A stretch of 64,000 nt of DNA. Origin: an uncultured Verrucomicrobiota bacterium (GTDB lineage: Bacteria > Verrucomicrobiota > Verrucomicrobiia > Limisphaerales > UBA9464). Shown here piece after piece: positions 54,095 through 63,289 of the stretch. A model generated the notes under the pieces. That model saw only the letters and a program-made list of their open reading frames with translations, did no database searches and was not told the origin of the DNA. The position numbers and the translations under genes were made by a program. The stretch covers positions 8,168-72,167 of the forward strand of contig CAZGIK010000026.1 of NCBI GenBank assembly GCA_964525755.1, read 5' to 3'. Each line of letters begins with the position of its first letter. The first letter of the stretch is position 1.

Positions 54095-57057
54095 ACCCGA
54101 TGCGTCCGCTGTCATGGGGCCTCCTGTGCGCCGGGTGGCTGAATGCCACCGCCCTGGAGCCGCTGCCGTATCTCCACCCGGGGCTGGAGGTCGACCTGGG
54201 GGTCGGCCTGTGGGCATGGCCGGTGCCGGTCGATGCCGACGGCGACGGGGACTTCGACCTGATCGTCTCCTGTCCGGACAAGCCGTCGAACGGCGTGTGG
54301 TTGTTCGAGAATGCCACCGGGGATACCGCGGTGGACCCGATGCCGGTGTTTCGTCCGGCCCGGCGCCTGGGTCCGACGGTGCACTACGTGATGCCGAGCT
54401 ACGTGGACGGCGGACTGCGGGTTCTCACCCCCGGGCGGGAGCATCCGGGATTCGTGCGCGGCGGACTGGATCCCGCGGTACCCCTGCCGATCCCGGCCCG
54501 GTTCTACCAGCCGCCCGGCCCGGCGACGCGCGGGCCGCGCCTGCGGCACAACCAGTGGCGGTACGTGGACTACGACGGCGACGGGGCGCTCGACCTGGTG
54601 GTGGGGATCGAGGACTGGAGCTTCTACGGCTGGGACGACGCGTGGAATGCCCGGGGGGAATGGACCATGGGACCGCTGCACGGGTTCGTGTTCCGCTTCC
54701 GCAACCTCGGCACCACGGCGGAACCGGAGTACGCCCGACCCCTGCACGTCGAGGCCGGCGGCGGGCCGGTCGACGTGTTCGGGTGTCCATCGCCGAACTT
54801 CACCGACTTCGACGCGGACGGCGACCTGGACCTCCTGTGCGGGGAGTTCCTCGACGGCTTCACCTACTTCGAGAACGCCGGGACGCGGACCGATCCCCGC
54901 TACCGGGCGGGTCGACGGGTCCGCACGGCCGATGGCCGGCCGCTGCGGATGGATCTGCAGATGATCGTGCCCGTGGCGTTCGACTGGGACCGCGACGGTG
55001 ACCCCGACCTGATCGTCGGCGACGAGGACGGTCGGGTGGCGTTCGTGGAGAACACCGGTCGGCTGGATGCCGATCGCACCCCGGTCTTCGCCGCCCCGCG
55101 GTACTTCCGTCAGCAGGCCGACACCCTCAAGTGCGGTGCGCTGGCGACGCCGTACCCGGTCGACTGGGATGGCGATGGCGACCAGGACATCCTCGCCGGG
55201 AACACGGCGGGATACATCGAATGGTTCGAGAACCTGAGCGGGCCCGGGGTGGCGCTGCCGCGCTGGGCGGCGCCGCGTCGGCTGGAGGCCGGGGGCGGGG
55301 TGTTCCGGGTGATGGCCGGTCCCAATGGCAGCATCCAGGGCCCGGCCGAGGCCAAGTGGGGATACACCACCTTCTCGGTGGCCGACTGGGACCGCGATGG
55401 TCTCCCGGACATCGTCCTGAACTCCATCCGGGGCCGGGTGGAGTGGCTGAGGAACCTCGGGCCGCGGTCGGCGCCCCGGCTGGATGCCCCCCGGCCGGTG
55501 GAGGTGGCCTGGCCGGGGCCACCTCCGAAACCCGCCTGGACCTGGTGGCAGCCCGGCCCGTCGGAACTGGTCACCCAGTGGCGCACCACCCCGGTGGTCC
55601 ACGACTTCACCGGCGACGGATGGCCGGACATCGCCCTGCTCGATCCCGAGGGGTTCCTCGCCCTGTACGAGCGCGATGCGACCGATCCGCACCGGCATCT
55701 CCGTCCCCCGCGCCGGGCGTTTGTCGACCGGGCGGGCGAACCCCTCCGGCTCAATGCCCGCACGGCCGGGGGCAGTGGACGTCGGAAACTCTGCGTGACC
55801 GACTGGGACGGCGACGGCGAACCGGACTTCCTGGTGAACTCGGCCAATGCCGACCTGCTCCGCGGCCTGGGGCGGGACGGCGATGTGTGGCGCTTCGAGG
55901 CGGCGGGTTCGCTGGCCGACCGGAACATCGAGGGCCACGACGTGAGCCCCTCGGTTGCGGATTTCGATGGCGACGGCGTTCCGGACTTCCTCGGCGGGGC
56001 CGAGGACGGGCGGCTCTACTTCATGGCCAATCCGCGGTCGGCACCGGGTGGGGATGGGGCGGCCACGACGGCGTCCGATGGGACCGCGGCCCTGGGCCTC
56101 CCGCTCCGCCTGGCCGATGTCCCCTCCCGCCTCTCCGGGCTGACGGTCCACGGGTGGCTCCGGCAGGCGTTGGCCGCGGGGCGCATGGATCCCCCGCCGG
56201 GAACCGCCTGGGTGGAGGAGTATCGACTGAACTGCCCGCCGTTCGAACCCGGCGTGTCCACCCGCCGTTGGATCGCCCTGCCCCCGGGCGGGCGGATCGG
56301 ATTCGATCCGGAAGCCGACTGGTCCCTGCCCCCGGGCGCCGTCCTCGTCCGGCACACCGTCCGGTCCGACGGCACCGGATCGGTCCCGGTCGAGACCCGC
56401 CTGCTGGTCGCGGGTTCCGGGTCGGCCTGGGGCGCGGGGTTCCGTTGGCGGGAGGACGGCTCGGACGCGAACCGGGTGGACGATGCCGACCTGGTGGACC
56501 TCGGGTCGGGTCGGCAGTGGCTGATCCCCGGTGCCGACGACGGATTGGTCCTGCCCGCGTTGCATCCCGGGCACGGTTCGGACCTCAGTGCGCGCCAGTT
56601 GAACCGTCCGGATGATCCGGAGAATCCACTCGTGCGATGGCGTGACGCCGGATGGCTGGCCGGGGTGCCTGCCGACCTCGACGTCGGGCGCCTGCCGCGT
56701 CTGTTCCCGGCCGATGCCCCGGTGGCGGCCGGGTGGCGGGTGCGGTCGCATCTCGACGTGAACTGTTCCCCCTGCCATCAGCCCGGAGGTCCGGCGCGGG
56801 GGTTCTTTGATGCCCGCCTGGCCACCCCGCTGGAGCGGGCGGGCCTCGTGGGCGGGACGGTGGCGGTGAACGCGTTCGGAATTCCCGATGCCCAGATCAT
56901 CCACCCCGGCCATCCCGACCGCTCGGTCCTCCACTACCGGTTGTCACGAACCGATGCCTATCGGATGCCTCCCGGGGTGCATCACAGCGACCTGCCGCCG
57001 ATTCTGCCGGTGCTCGAGGAGTGGATCCGGGGATTGGCGGTCCCGACGTCCCCCTGA
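54091..57057 (+). CDS. Secreted FG-GAP/VCBS-repeat beta-propeller protein with a C-terminal CxxCH (cytochrome c-like) domain
   Basis: Signal MNPMRPLSWGLLCAGWLNATA. Many DxDGDGxxD units (DADGDGDFDLIV, DYDGDGALDLVV, DFDADGDLDLL, DWDRDGDPDLIV, DWDGDGDQDIL, DWDGDGEPDFLV, DFDGDGVPDF). NCSPCH near the C-terminus. Confidence 0.8.
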   Translation: MNPMRPLSWGLLCAGWLNATALEPLPYLHPGLEVDLGVGLWAWPVPVDADGDGDFDLIVSCPDKPSNGVWLFENATGDTAVDPMPVFRPARRLGPTVHYVMPSYVDGGLRVLTPGREHPGFVRGGLDPAVPLPIPARFYQPPGPATRGPRLRHNQWRYVDYDGDGALDLVVGIEDWSFYGWDDAWNARGEWTMGPLHGFVFRFRNLGTTAEPEYARPLHVEAGGGPVDVFGCPSPNFTDFDADGDLDLLCGEFLDGFTYFENAGTRTDPRYRAGRRVRTADGRPLRMDLQMIVPVAFDWDRDGDPDLIVGDEDGRVAFVENTGRLDADRTPVFAAPRYFRQQADTLKCGALATPYPVDWDGDGDQDILAGNTAGYIEWFENLSGPGVALPRWAAPRRLEAGGGVFRVMAGPNGSIQGPAEAKWGYTTFSVADWDRDGLPDIVLNSIRGRVEWLRNLGPRSAPRLDAPRPVEVAWPGPPPKPAWTWWQPGPSELVTQWRTTPVVHDFTGDGWPDIALLDPEGFLALYERDATDPHRHLRPPRRAFVDRAGEPLRLNARTAGGSGRRKLCVTDWDGDGEPDFLVNSANADLLRGLGRDGDVWRFEAAGSLADRNIEGHDVSPSVADFDGDGVPDFLGGAEDGRLYFMANPRSAPGGDGAATTASDGTAALGLPLRLADVPSRLSGLTVHGWLRQALAAGRMDPPPGTAWVEEYRLNCPPFEPGVSTRRWIALPPGGRIGFDPEADWSLPPGAVLVRHTVRSDGTGSVPVETRLLVAGSGSAWGAGFRWREDGSDANRVDDADLVDLGSGRQWLIPGADDGLVLPALHPGHGSDLSARQLNRPDDPENPLVRWRDAGWLAGVPADLDVGRLPRLFPADAPVAAGWRVRSHLDVNCSPCHQPGGPARGFFDARLATPLERAGLVGGTVAVNAFGIPDAQIIHPGHPDRSVLHYRLSRTDAYRMPPGVHHSDLPPILPVLEEWIRGLAVPTSP

Positions 57058-57083
57058 TCCCCTCAGTCCCCGCGGGGGGGGCC

Positions 57084-57713
57084 TCACCGGGGACGACGGA
57101 ACCCGAGCCGGATTGTCTGGGTGATGCGCGACATCAGGCCGCCCGGCGTGGCGCGGGCGGCGGCCATGGCGGATTTGGTCGAGACCCCGGGAATCCGCTC
57201 CACGCGGGCGCTGCATTCCGGGCAGAACAGGATCACCGCGGCGGCGCCGGACATCTTCATGACCCGCAGGTTGCCGAGATAGTAGGCCCGCTCGCACTTC
57301 GGACAGCGATGCGTGGCCGGCAGGTCGGGACGGATCGAGCAGGCGATCGCCCCGTCGGGAAGGGTCATCGTCACCGGGGCATCCACCGACGGTACGTCGA
57401 GGGTCGGCACCTGGATGGTCACCTGCTCGGCATCGAGGCGGAAGGTGATCGAGCCGAACTGCAGCACCTGGCCCGGCTGGACGTCGGCCTGGGTCACCGG
57501 CTCGTCGTTCACGAAGGTGCCGTTGGTCGACTGGAGGTCCCGCACATGGACACCCCGTTCATCCAACGTGACCTCGGCATGGAAGCTCGAGACCGAGGCC
57601 TCGTGGATGACGACATCATTCGTGGGGTTGCGGCCCACGGTGTTCAGTCCCGTGTGGAGATCGAACGAGACCGGGGTGAGGATTCCTGTGAGCCGGTGAA
57701 AGGTCATGAGCAT
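57084..57713 (-). CDS. FHA-domain protein with C-terminal double-CxxC zinc ribbon
   Basis: NTVGRNPTNDVVIHEASVSSFHAEV...STNGTFVN (FHA). CPKC...CPEC. Alternative start at 57707. Confidence 0.8.
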   Translation of the reverse strand: MLMTFHRLTGILTPVSFDLHTGLNTVGRNPTNDVVIHEASVSSFHAEVTLDERGVHVRDLQSTNGTFVNDEPVTQADVQPGQVLQFGSITFRLDAEQVTIQVPTLDVPSVDAPVTMTLPDGAIACSIRPDLPATHRCPKCERAYYLGNLRVMKMSGAAAVILFCPECSARVERIPGVSTKSAMAAARATPGGLMSRITQTIRLGFRRPR

Positions 57714-57864
57714 CCGGCGCGCCGCCCGCCGCTCCCTACCTACGCAACCCACCCCGGGGTGTCCATCCGGAAAGCCCGGAGGACGAGGACAGACCTGACG
57801 GGCTGAGTACGCGTACGAACCCCGGCGAACGCCACGCGGTCGTACTCGTCCTCGGGGTGCCGGT

Positions 57865-58857
57865 TCAGAAGAGGGTCTGGACGGCCGTGCCGATCACGCT
57901 GAGGGGACCGGTGTCCTCGAGGGTCTCGGTGGCCTTGTCGACCTTCTGCAGGGTGAGCTTCACGTTGCGGAGGAAGGTGGCGTCGTTGACCAACTGGCCC
58001 ACGCTGCCCTGCCCCTGGTTGATCTTCTGGAGGATCTCCTTGAGGTTCGTCATGGCGGTGGTGGTCTCGTTGGCCAGCGTGGGATCCTTCACCAGCTGCC
58101 CGAGCGTCCCCTGGCCCGCGTTGACCCCGGCCACCACCGCCCGGGTGTCGCCGATCAGTCCCTCCAGGTCGTCCATGAGCCCGGCGGTGCGGCTTCCCAC
58201 CTGGTTGAGGTTGGTGACGGTGGACAGCGCGGTGTCGTAGAAGGCCCGCTCGTTGATCAGCAGCCCCACCGTGCCGGACCCGGACGCGATCCGGTCGGAC
58301 ACCCCGGCGAGGTTGGACAGGATGGTGCTGATGCGCGGCTGGTTGTCCCGCACCACCTCGGTCAGCGGCCCGAGGAGCTTGCTGAATTCCTCGCCCGTGA
58401 AGCTGCGGGTCATGTTCTGCACCCCGTCCGCCACCCCCTCCAGCTTGGACATGACCGATGCCAGGTCCGGCTGCTCGCGGGTCTGCAGCAGGGCGTCGGC
58501 CGCGAGGGGCGGGGCCTCGGCGGTGCCGAAGTCCACGGAGACGAAGTTCTGGCCCATCAGCCCGGCAAACCGGATCACCGCGGTGCTGTCGGTCCGGAGC
58601 GGCGCATCCGGCGTGACCCGCATCGACACCTCGACCTCGGTCCCCGCCAGGGCGATCCGCGTGACCCGTCCCACCGGCACCCCGCCCAGCTTCACCGGGT
58701 CGCCCACCTTCAGGTCCTGAACCGACGTGAACCGCGCGCGGACGGTGCGTCCGCCCCGCAGGAGATCGGTCCCGCCGGTGATCTCGTACAGCAGGAAGCC
58801 GGCGACCACCACCAGGGCGAAGAAAAGGCCAAGCCGGGTCTCGAGGGAGTTTTTCAT
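57865..58857 (-). CDS. mlaD: MlaD/MCE-domain substrate-binding protein with long helical C-terminal region
   Basis: N-terminal TM, MCE core VGDPVKLGGVPVGRVTRI. The C-terminal half has repeated GTLGQLV/GSVGQLV motifs. Confidence 0.85.
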   Translation of the reverse strand: MKNSLETRLGLFFALVVVAGFLLYEITGGTDLLRGGRTVRARFTSVQDLKVGDPVKLGGVPVGRVTRIALAGTEVEVSMRVTPDAPLRTDSTAVIRFAGLMGQNFVSVDFGTAEAPPLAADALLQTREQPDLASVMSKLEGVADGVQNMTRSFTGEEFSKLLGPLTEVVRDNQPRISTILSNLAGVSDRIASGSGTVGLLINERAFYDTALSTVTNLNQVGSRTAGLMDDLEGLIGDTRAVVAGVNAGQGTLGQLVKDPTLANETTTAMTNLKEILQKINQGQGSVGQLVNDATFLRNVKLTLQKVDKATETLEDTGPLSVIGTAVQTLF

Positions 58858-59657
58858 CGGGATGTGCTTTCGAGGGGGGCGGTCGGGATCAGGGAGACGG
58901 GGTCGGGCTCCGCCTTGAAGTCGGCGGCAAGAAATTCCCGCAGCAACGGATCCGTGGCGCCCCGGATCTCGTCGGGCGTCCCCACCACCACCAGACGCCC
59001 GGCGACCAGGAAGGCGATCCGGTCGGCGATACCGAAGGCGAGGTCGCGGTCGTGGGTCACCACGATGCTGGTGGCGCCGGTGCGGTGGTTGAGGGCGAGG
59101 ATCTCGCGTCCGATGGCGAGCGCCACCAGCGGATCCAGCTCGCTGGTCGGTTCGTCGTACAGCACCAGCTGGGGATCCATGACCAGCGCCCGGGCGATCG
59201 CCACCCGCTTGCGCATGCCGCCGGAGAGTTCCGACGGGTACCGTTCGCCCACCCGCGGGTCGAGCCGCACCTGGGCGAGGCTGTCGGCCACGCGGCGCGC
59301 GATCTCCGCCGGCGGGTGCAGGCGGTGTTCGGCGAGGTAGAGGCCGATGTTCTCCGCCACGGTCAGCGAGTTGAGCAGCCCGCCGGTCTGGAAGACCATC
59401 GCCCGACGGTAGGATCCGCCGGCATCGGTCCCCACCGGGGCGTCCCCCACCCGGATCTCCCCGGCATCGGGGTGCTCCAGGCCGATCACATGCCGGAGGA
59501 ACACCGACTTGCCCGACCCGCTCGGACCCATGATCACGAAGACCTCCCCGGCGGCGATGTCGATGTCCAGCCCGGGCAGCACCTCGTGGTCGCCGTACCG
59601 CTTGCGCAGTCCGCGAACGCTCACCGGGAGGCCGGTCGGTTGGGCGGCAGGGTTCAT
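58854..59657 (-). CDS. mlaF: ABC transporter ATP-binding protein, MlaF-like
   Basis: Walker A GPSGSGKS, signature LSGGMRKR, Walker B LVLYDEPTS. ATGA overlap with mlaD. Confidence 0.9.
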   Translation of the reverse strand: MNPAAQPTGLPVSVRGLRKRYGDHEVLPGLDIDIAAGEVFVIMGPSGSGKSVFLRHVIGLEHPDAGEIRVGDAPVGTDAGGSYRRAMVFQTGGLLNSLTVAENIGLYLAEHRLHPPAEIARRVADSLAQVRLDPRVGERYPSELSGGMRKRVAIARALVMDPQLVLYDEPTSELDPLVALAIGREILALNHRTGATSIVVTHDRDLAFGIADRIAFLVAGRLVVVGTPDEIRGATDPLLREFLAADFKAEPDPVSLIPTAPLESTSR

Positions 59658-59659
59658 CG

Positions 59660-60406
59660 TCACCAGTCGAAGGGGATCAGGATCCGGGTGATGGCGTAGT
59701 CGAGGAGCAGGATCAGGACGATCGAGTTGACCACCGCCTTGGTCACGCTCCGGCCGATGCCGCGGGGACCGCCCAGCGTGGCGAGGCCCTGGTGGCAGGA
59801 CACCACCCCGATCACGAGCGCGAAGGCGAACGACTTGATGAGCCCGTGCCCGACGTCGCGCAGTTCCACCACCTCCGAGAGGCTGCCAAAGAAGGTGGCC
59901 CACGGGATGCCGATCTCGCGGTTGAACGCCGCCACCAGCCCGCCGCCGAGCCACCCGAACAGGTTGGAAAAGACCACCAGGCAGGGCAGTGCCACGGTCA
60001 CCGCCACCACCCGCGGGAGGACCAGGTAGGGGATGGGGTCGATGTCCAGCGTGCGAAGGGCGTCGACCTCCTGATAGACGCGCATCGAGCCGATCTCGGC
60101 GGCCATGGCCGACCCGATGCGGCCGGCGATGAGGATGGCCATCATGACCGGGGCGAGTTCCTTCGAGAGGGAGATGCCGACGAGACCGCCCATCTGGCTG
60201 CCCATTCCGCGTTCGACGAGGGCGGCGCCGCCCTGGAGGGACAGCACCCCGCCGATGAACAGCGACAGCAGGCCGGCCATGAGGAGGCTGGCGTTGCCGA
60301 TCTCGAACAACTGCTCGGCCACCATGCGCCGACGGCGCCACACCCCGGGCAGCGACCGGCAGGTCGCCCCAAGCAGCATCAGCATCTGTCCGATCTCGCG
60401 AAACAT
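59660..60406 (-). CDS. mlaE: ABC transporter permease, MlaE-like
   Basis: Start MFREIGQMLMLLG. Polytopic, MlaE-like sequence (...LVRELGPV-type region KELAPVMMAILIAGRIGSAMAAEIGSM). Confidence 0.88.
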   Translation of the reverse strand: MFREIGQMLMLLGATCRSLPGVWRRRRMVAEQLFEIGNASLLMAGLLSLFIGGVLSLQGGAALVERGMGSQMGGLVGISLSKELAPVMMAILIAGRIGSAMAAEIGSMRVYQEVDALRTLDIDPIPYLVLPRVVAVTVALPCLVVFSNLFGWLGGGLVAAFNREIGIPWATFFGSLSEVVELRDVGHGLIKSFAFALVIGVVSCHQGLATLGGPRGIGRSVTKAVVNSIVLILLLDYAITRILIPFDW

Positions 60407-60473
60407 CGTCGTCGGCGTCAGTGAACCATGGGTCCCGCCCGGCGGACAGGCGGGAAACAACCCCCGGCGGCGT

Positions 60474-61952
60474 TCAAGGGATCTCCTCCCCCGCGGCGGG
60501 GACGGCTTCGCGCCGGCCGGGCCATCGGAAAATCCCCCAACGCCGACCCTCCCCGCTCCGCTCCGTGCGGATCAGGCCGAAGAACATCGAGGTCCGCGTC
60601 CGGTCCGGTGCGGTGTCCCGTCGCCACAGGTTCCAGAGCACCGACCGGGAGGTCCGTCCGGTCACCGGATTCTCCTCCGAGCGGTACAGGGACCAGACGG
60701 GGCTGTAGAGGCGCTCGACCGACTTGGTGTTGGGCATGATCGGCTCGAGCAGCGCCAGCACCCGGAGGCGTTCGCGCCCCTCGGGATCGCGTCGCCACGT
60801 GAAGAACGGCCACAGGTCGCGCCGATGGAACACGCGTCCGTCGGTCCGGTCCCGCATCTCGATGTCGTTGTAGATGAAGAACAGGCCGCGGGCCCGACGC
60901 CGGTCGAGGTCGGTGTCGATCTGCCGACGCTCGGTCCAGAGCGGCCAGAGGAGGAAGTCGCTCTGGAGGTTCGCGCTCCGCGCCCAGCCGTGGATCGGCC
61001 AGAGGCGACGCCCCTGCCGCCCGGGTCCATCCGCCCCCCCGACAAACGGCCACGGCGCCGACCACTCGGAGTAGCCGGCCGCACGGTTCGTTCGCTGGCT
61101 GAAGAAGAACCACCAGGTGTGGTCCATCGCCGGGGAACGGGTGCGGAGGTGCACCGGGAAGATGAACCGGTTGGTGACGACGTTGGTCGTGCCCAGGCCG
61201 AGGCGCTCGGAGAAATAGAACGGCCAGCCCGCAAACCACTTGTCGTGCCCCGGCACCACCTCGAGCTCGTCCACCAGGTTGGTCCGCCACCGGACCTCCC
61301 GGGTCTCATGGCCCAGCACCGGCCAGAACTGCCAGCCCTCCACCCCGGCACCCTTCCGACGATGGAAGAACGGCATGAGGTAGTTGTCCGTCACCACCCC
61401 GCGCTTCTCCGACCGCACCCAGGCCGGCGCCAGGACGAACTCCACCCGGTCCCGGAACAGCCGGTTCTGCAGCCGGCCGTACAGCGGCAGGACGGCGAGG
61501 TAGTCGTTGGTGCCCCCGGTGGAGGTCTGCCGGAAGTAGATCGGGAAGAGCGTGGTGCGCCGACGGACCTCGTCATCCGACGTCTGCCCGCCCGCCAGGC
61601 TGAAGAGCTGGAGGAACTGGAAGCGCCACTCCGTGCCGAACCGGTCGTAGGTCAGGGCCGGGTAGAGAAGTTCCCATTCGGTCCGGTCCAGCCCGGGCTC
61701 GCGCACGCCGGACACAAGCGGGGAGAACCGCCAGGTGTCGGCGCCCCCCGCCTCGTCCGTCTCGATGGAGCGTCCCAGCAGGGGCCCGAGGGCTTCCCAT
61801 CCGTGGCCGGGAACAATCGTGGTCTCGAACCCGTGGAACAGGGGCCCGAAGGCGGCGTCGATGGCATCCGCGGCCGGCCCGTCGGCGCGTCCGGAGGACG
61901 GCGCCCAGGCCAGCCAGGCGGCCAGCAGGAGCGTCGACACCTTGCCCGGCAT
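60474..61952 (-). CDS. Secreted protein built from about 17 short aromatic-rich repeats, function unknown
   Basis: Signal MPGKVSTLLLAAWLAWAPSSGRA. Recurring units such as LFPIYFRQTS, LPLYGRLQN, LMPFFHRRKG, WPFYFSERLG, FIFPVHLRTRS, LWPIHGWARS, LLWPLWTERR, LWPFFTWRRD and VLWNLWRRDT. Confidence 0.6.
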   Translation of the reverse strand: MPGKVSTLLLAAWLAWAPSSGRADGPAADAIDAAFGPLFHGFETTIVPGHGWEALGPLLGRSIETDEAGGADTWRFSPLVSGVREPGLDRTEWELLYPALTYDRFGTEWRFQFLQLFSLAGGQTSDDEVRRRTTLFPIYFRQTSTGGTNDYLAVLPLYGRLQNRLFRDRVEFVLAPAWVRSEKRGVVTDNYLMPFFHRRKGAGVEGWQFWPVLGHETREVRWRTNLVDELEVVPGHDKWFAGWPFYFSERLGLGTTNVVTNRFIFPVHLRTRSPAMDHTWWFFFSQRTNRAAGYSEWSAPWPFVGGADGPGRQGRRLWPIHGWARSANLQSDFLLWPLWTERRQIDTDLDRRRARGLFFIYNDIEMRDRTDGRVFHRRDLWPFFTWRRDPEGRERLRVLALLEPIMPNTKSVERLYSPVWSLYRSEENPVTGRTSRSVLWNLWRRDTAPDRTRTSMFFGLIRTERSGEGRRWGIFRWPGRREAVPAAGEEIP

Positions 61953-62020
61953 TGGGAATCCGCGTGACAACCCGGGCACCCTTGCGGAGGTGCCCCCGGT
62001 GGTCAAGGAGCCCCGGGGAT

Positions 62021-63289
62021 TCACGACCTCCGGCTGAACACCGCGCCCAGGGCGAGGAACGCGAGGTTGCACAGGCCCAGCAACTGGACCACCCGGAGCA
62101 ACCCGGTGTCGGGTCCCCACGCGGCCAGCCGCGGACGGATTCCGAGGAACAGGGCGGCCAGGTAGACGCCGGCGAGGAGGATCAGCCAGGGGATGATGCC
62201 GAAACGCTCACGGGCGAGCAGGTTGCTCAGCAGGACGTTCCCAAGGGTGAAGGCGAGCATCGACCAGGCGAACCACGGCACCAGCGGGGTGGCCAGGACG
62301 GGGTCGATCGGTCCGAAGAGGATCCGCACGGGCAGCCAGGGGATCACCGTGCAGCCGATCGCGGCAAGCCCCCCGAGGGCCAGTGTGGCGAGGAAGGTCA
62401 GGCGCAGCAGGGCATCGGCATCCCCGGCGGCCGCCGCCGCGCTCCGCGCCACCTTGGGGAACATCACCAGGGCGAGCGGCACGGTGGACTGGGTGAGGGC
62501 GAAGCCGATCTGCGCCGCCGGGGAGTAGCGGATGCCGAGTTCCCAGTCACCGGGCACGTGGGCCTTGAGGAAGGCGTTGTCGATCTGGGTCAGCACCTGC
62601 CCCGCGGCGGCCGCGCCCAGCAGGGGGAGGAACCGGAGGAAGAACGCGCGCCAGACGAACTCGCCGCCGCGGAGCCGGAGCAGTTCCCGGGCACCCCAGA
62701 GTCCCACGACGATGGCGGCGAGGTTGCCGATGAGGGCGCCCGACATCGCCGCCGCCGCGCCCCCGCCCAGCAGGGCGAACAGCAGGACGACCGCGACGAG
62801 GCGGCCGAAGCCGTCGAGAATCCCCACCCATCCCAACACGGTGAAGTTCTGACGTCCCTGCAGCAGGCCGCGGAGGACGGCCACGAACAGCTGGGCCACC
62901 GCCAGGCCCAGCGTGGCCCAGAGGGCCGCGGCGCCGCTCACCCCGAGGCGGGCGGCGAGGGAATCACCGCCCACCAGGAGCACGACCCCCAGGATGCCGC
63001 CGAAGACCGCGACGGCCGCACCCACCCGACGCGCCGCCCCGGCCACCGCCCCGGCCCGGGCGTCGTCGAGCGCCGCCGCGGTCTGCTGCCCGAACAGGTT
63101 CCACAGCGCCCCCTGGGCCGCGCCCACCAGGTAGAACACCGCCAGCAGGGCCTTGAACTCGGCGTAGGCGTCGCTGCCGCCCTTTCGCGACACCACCATG
63201 TGGACCAGCGTCATGCCCACCCCGCCGGCCAGCGTGGCCACCACCATCCAGGCGCTCTGTCGGGCGAAGTTCTGACGGGAACCGCTCAT
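62021..63289 (-). CDS. Polysaccharide/oligosaccharide flippase (MOP superfamily, Wzx-like)
   Basis: Start MSGSRQNFARQSAWMVV. About 12 hydrophobic helices with flippase-like composition. ATGA overlap with the upstream glycosyltransferase. Confidence 0.7.
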   Translation of the reverse strand: MSGSRQNFARQSAWMVVATLAGGVGMTLVHMVVSRKGGSDAYAEFKALLAVFYLVGAAQGALWNLFGQQTAAALDDARAGAVAGAARRVGAAVAVFGGILGVVLLVGGDSLAARLGVSGAAALWATLGLAVAQLFVAVLRGLLQGRQNFTVLGWVGILDGFGRLVAVVLLFALLGGGAAAAMSGALIGNLAAIVVGLWGARELLRLRGGEFVWRAFFLRFLPLLGAAAAGQVLTQIDNAFLKAHVPGDWELGIRYSPAAQIGFALTQSTVPLALVMFPKVARSAAAAAGDADALLRLTFLATLALGGLAAIGCTVIPWLPVRILFGPIDPVLATPLVPWFAWSMLAFTLGNVLLSNLLARERFGIIPWLILLAGVYLAALFLGIRPRLAAWGPDTGLLRVVQLLGLCNLAFLALGAVFSRRS

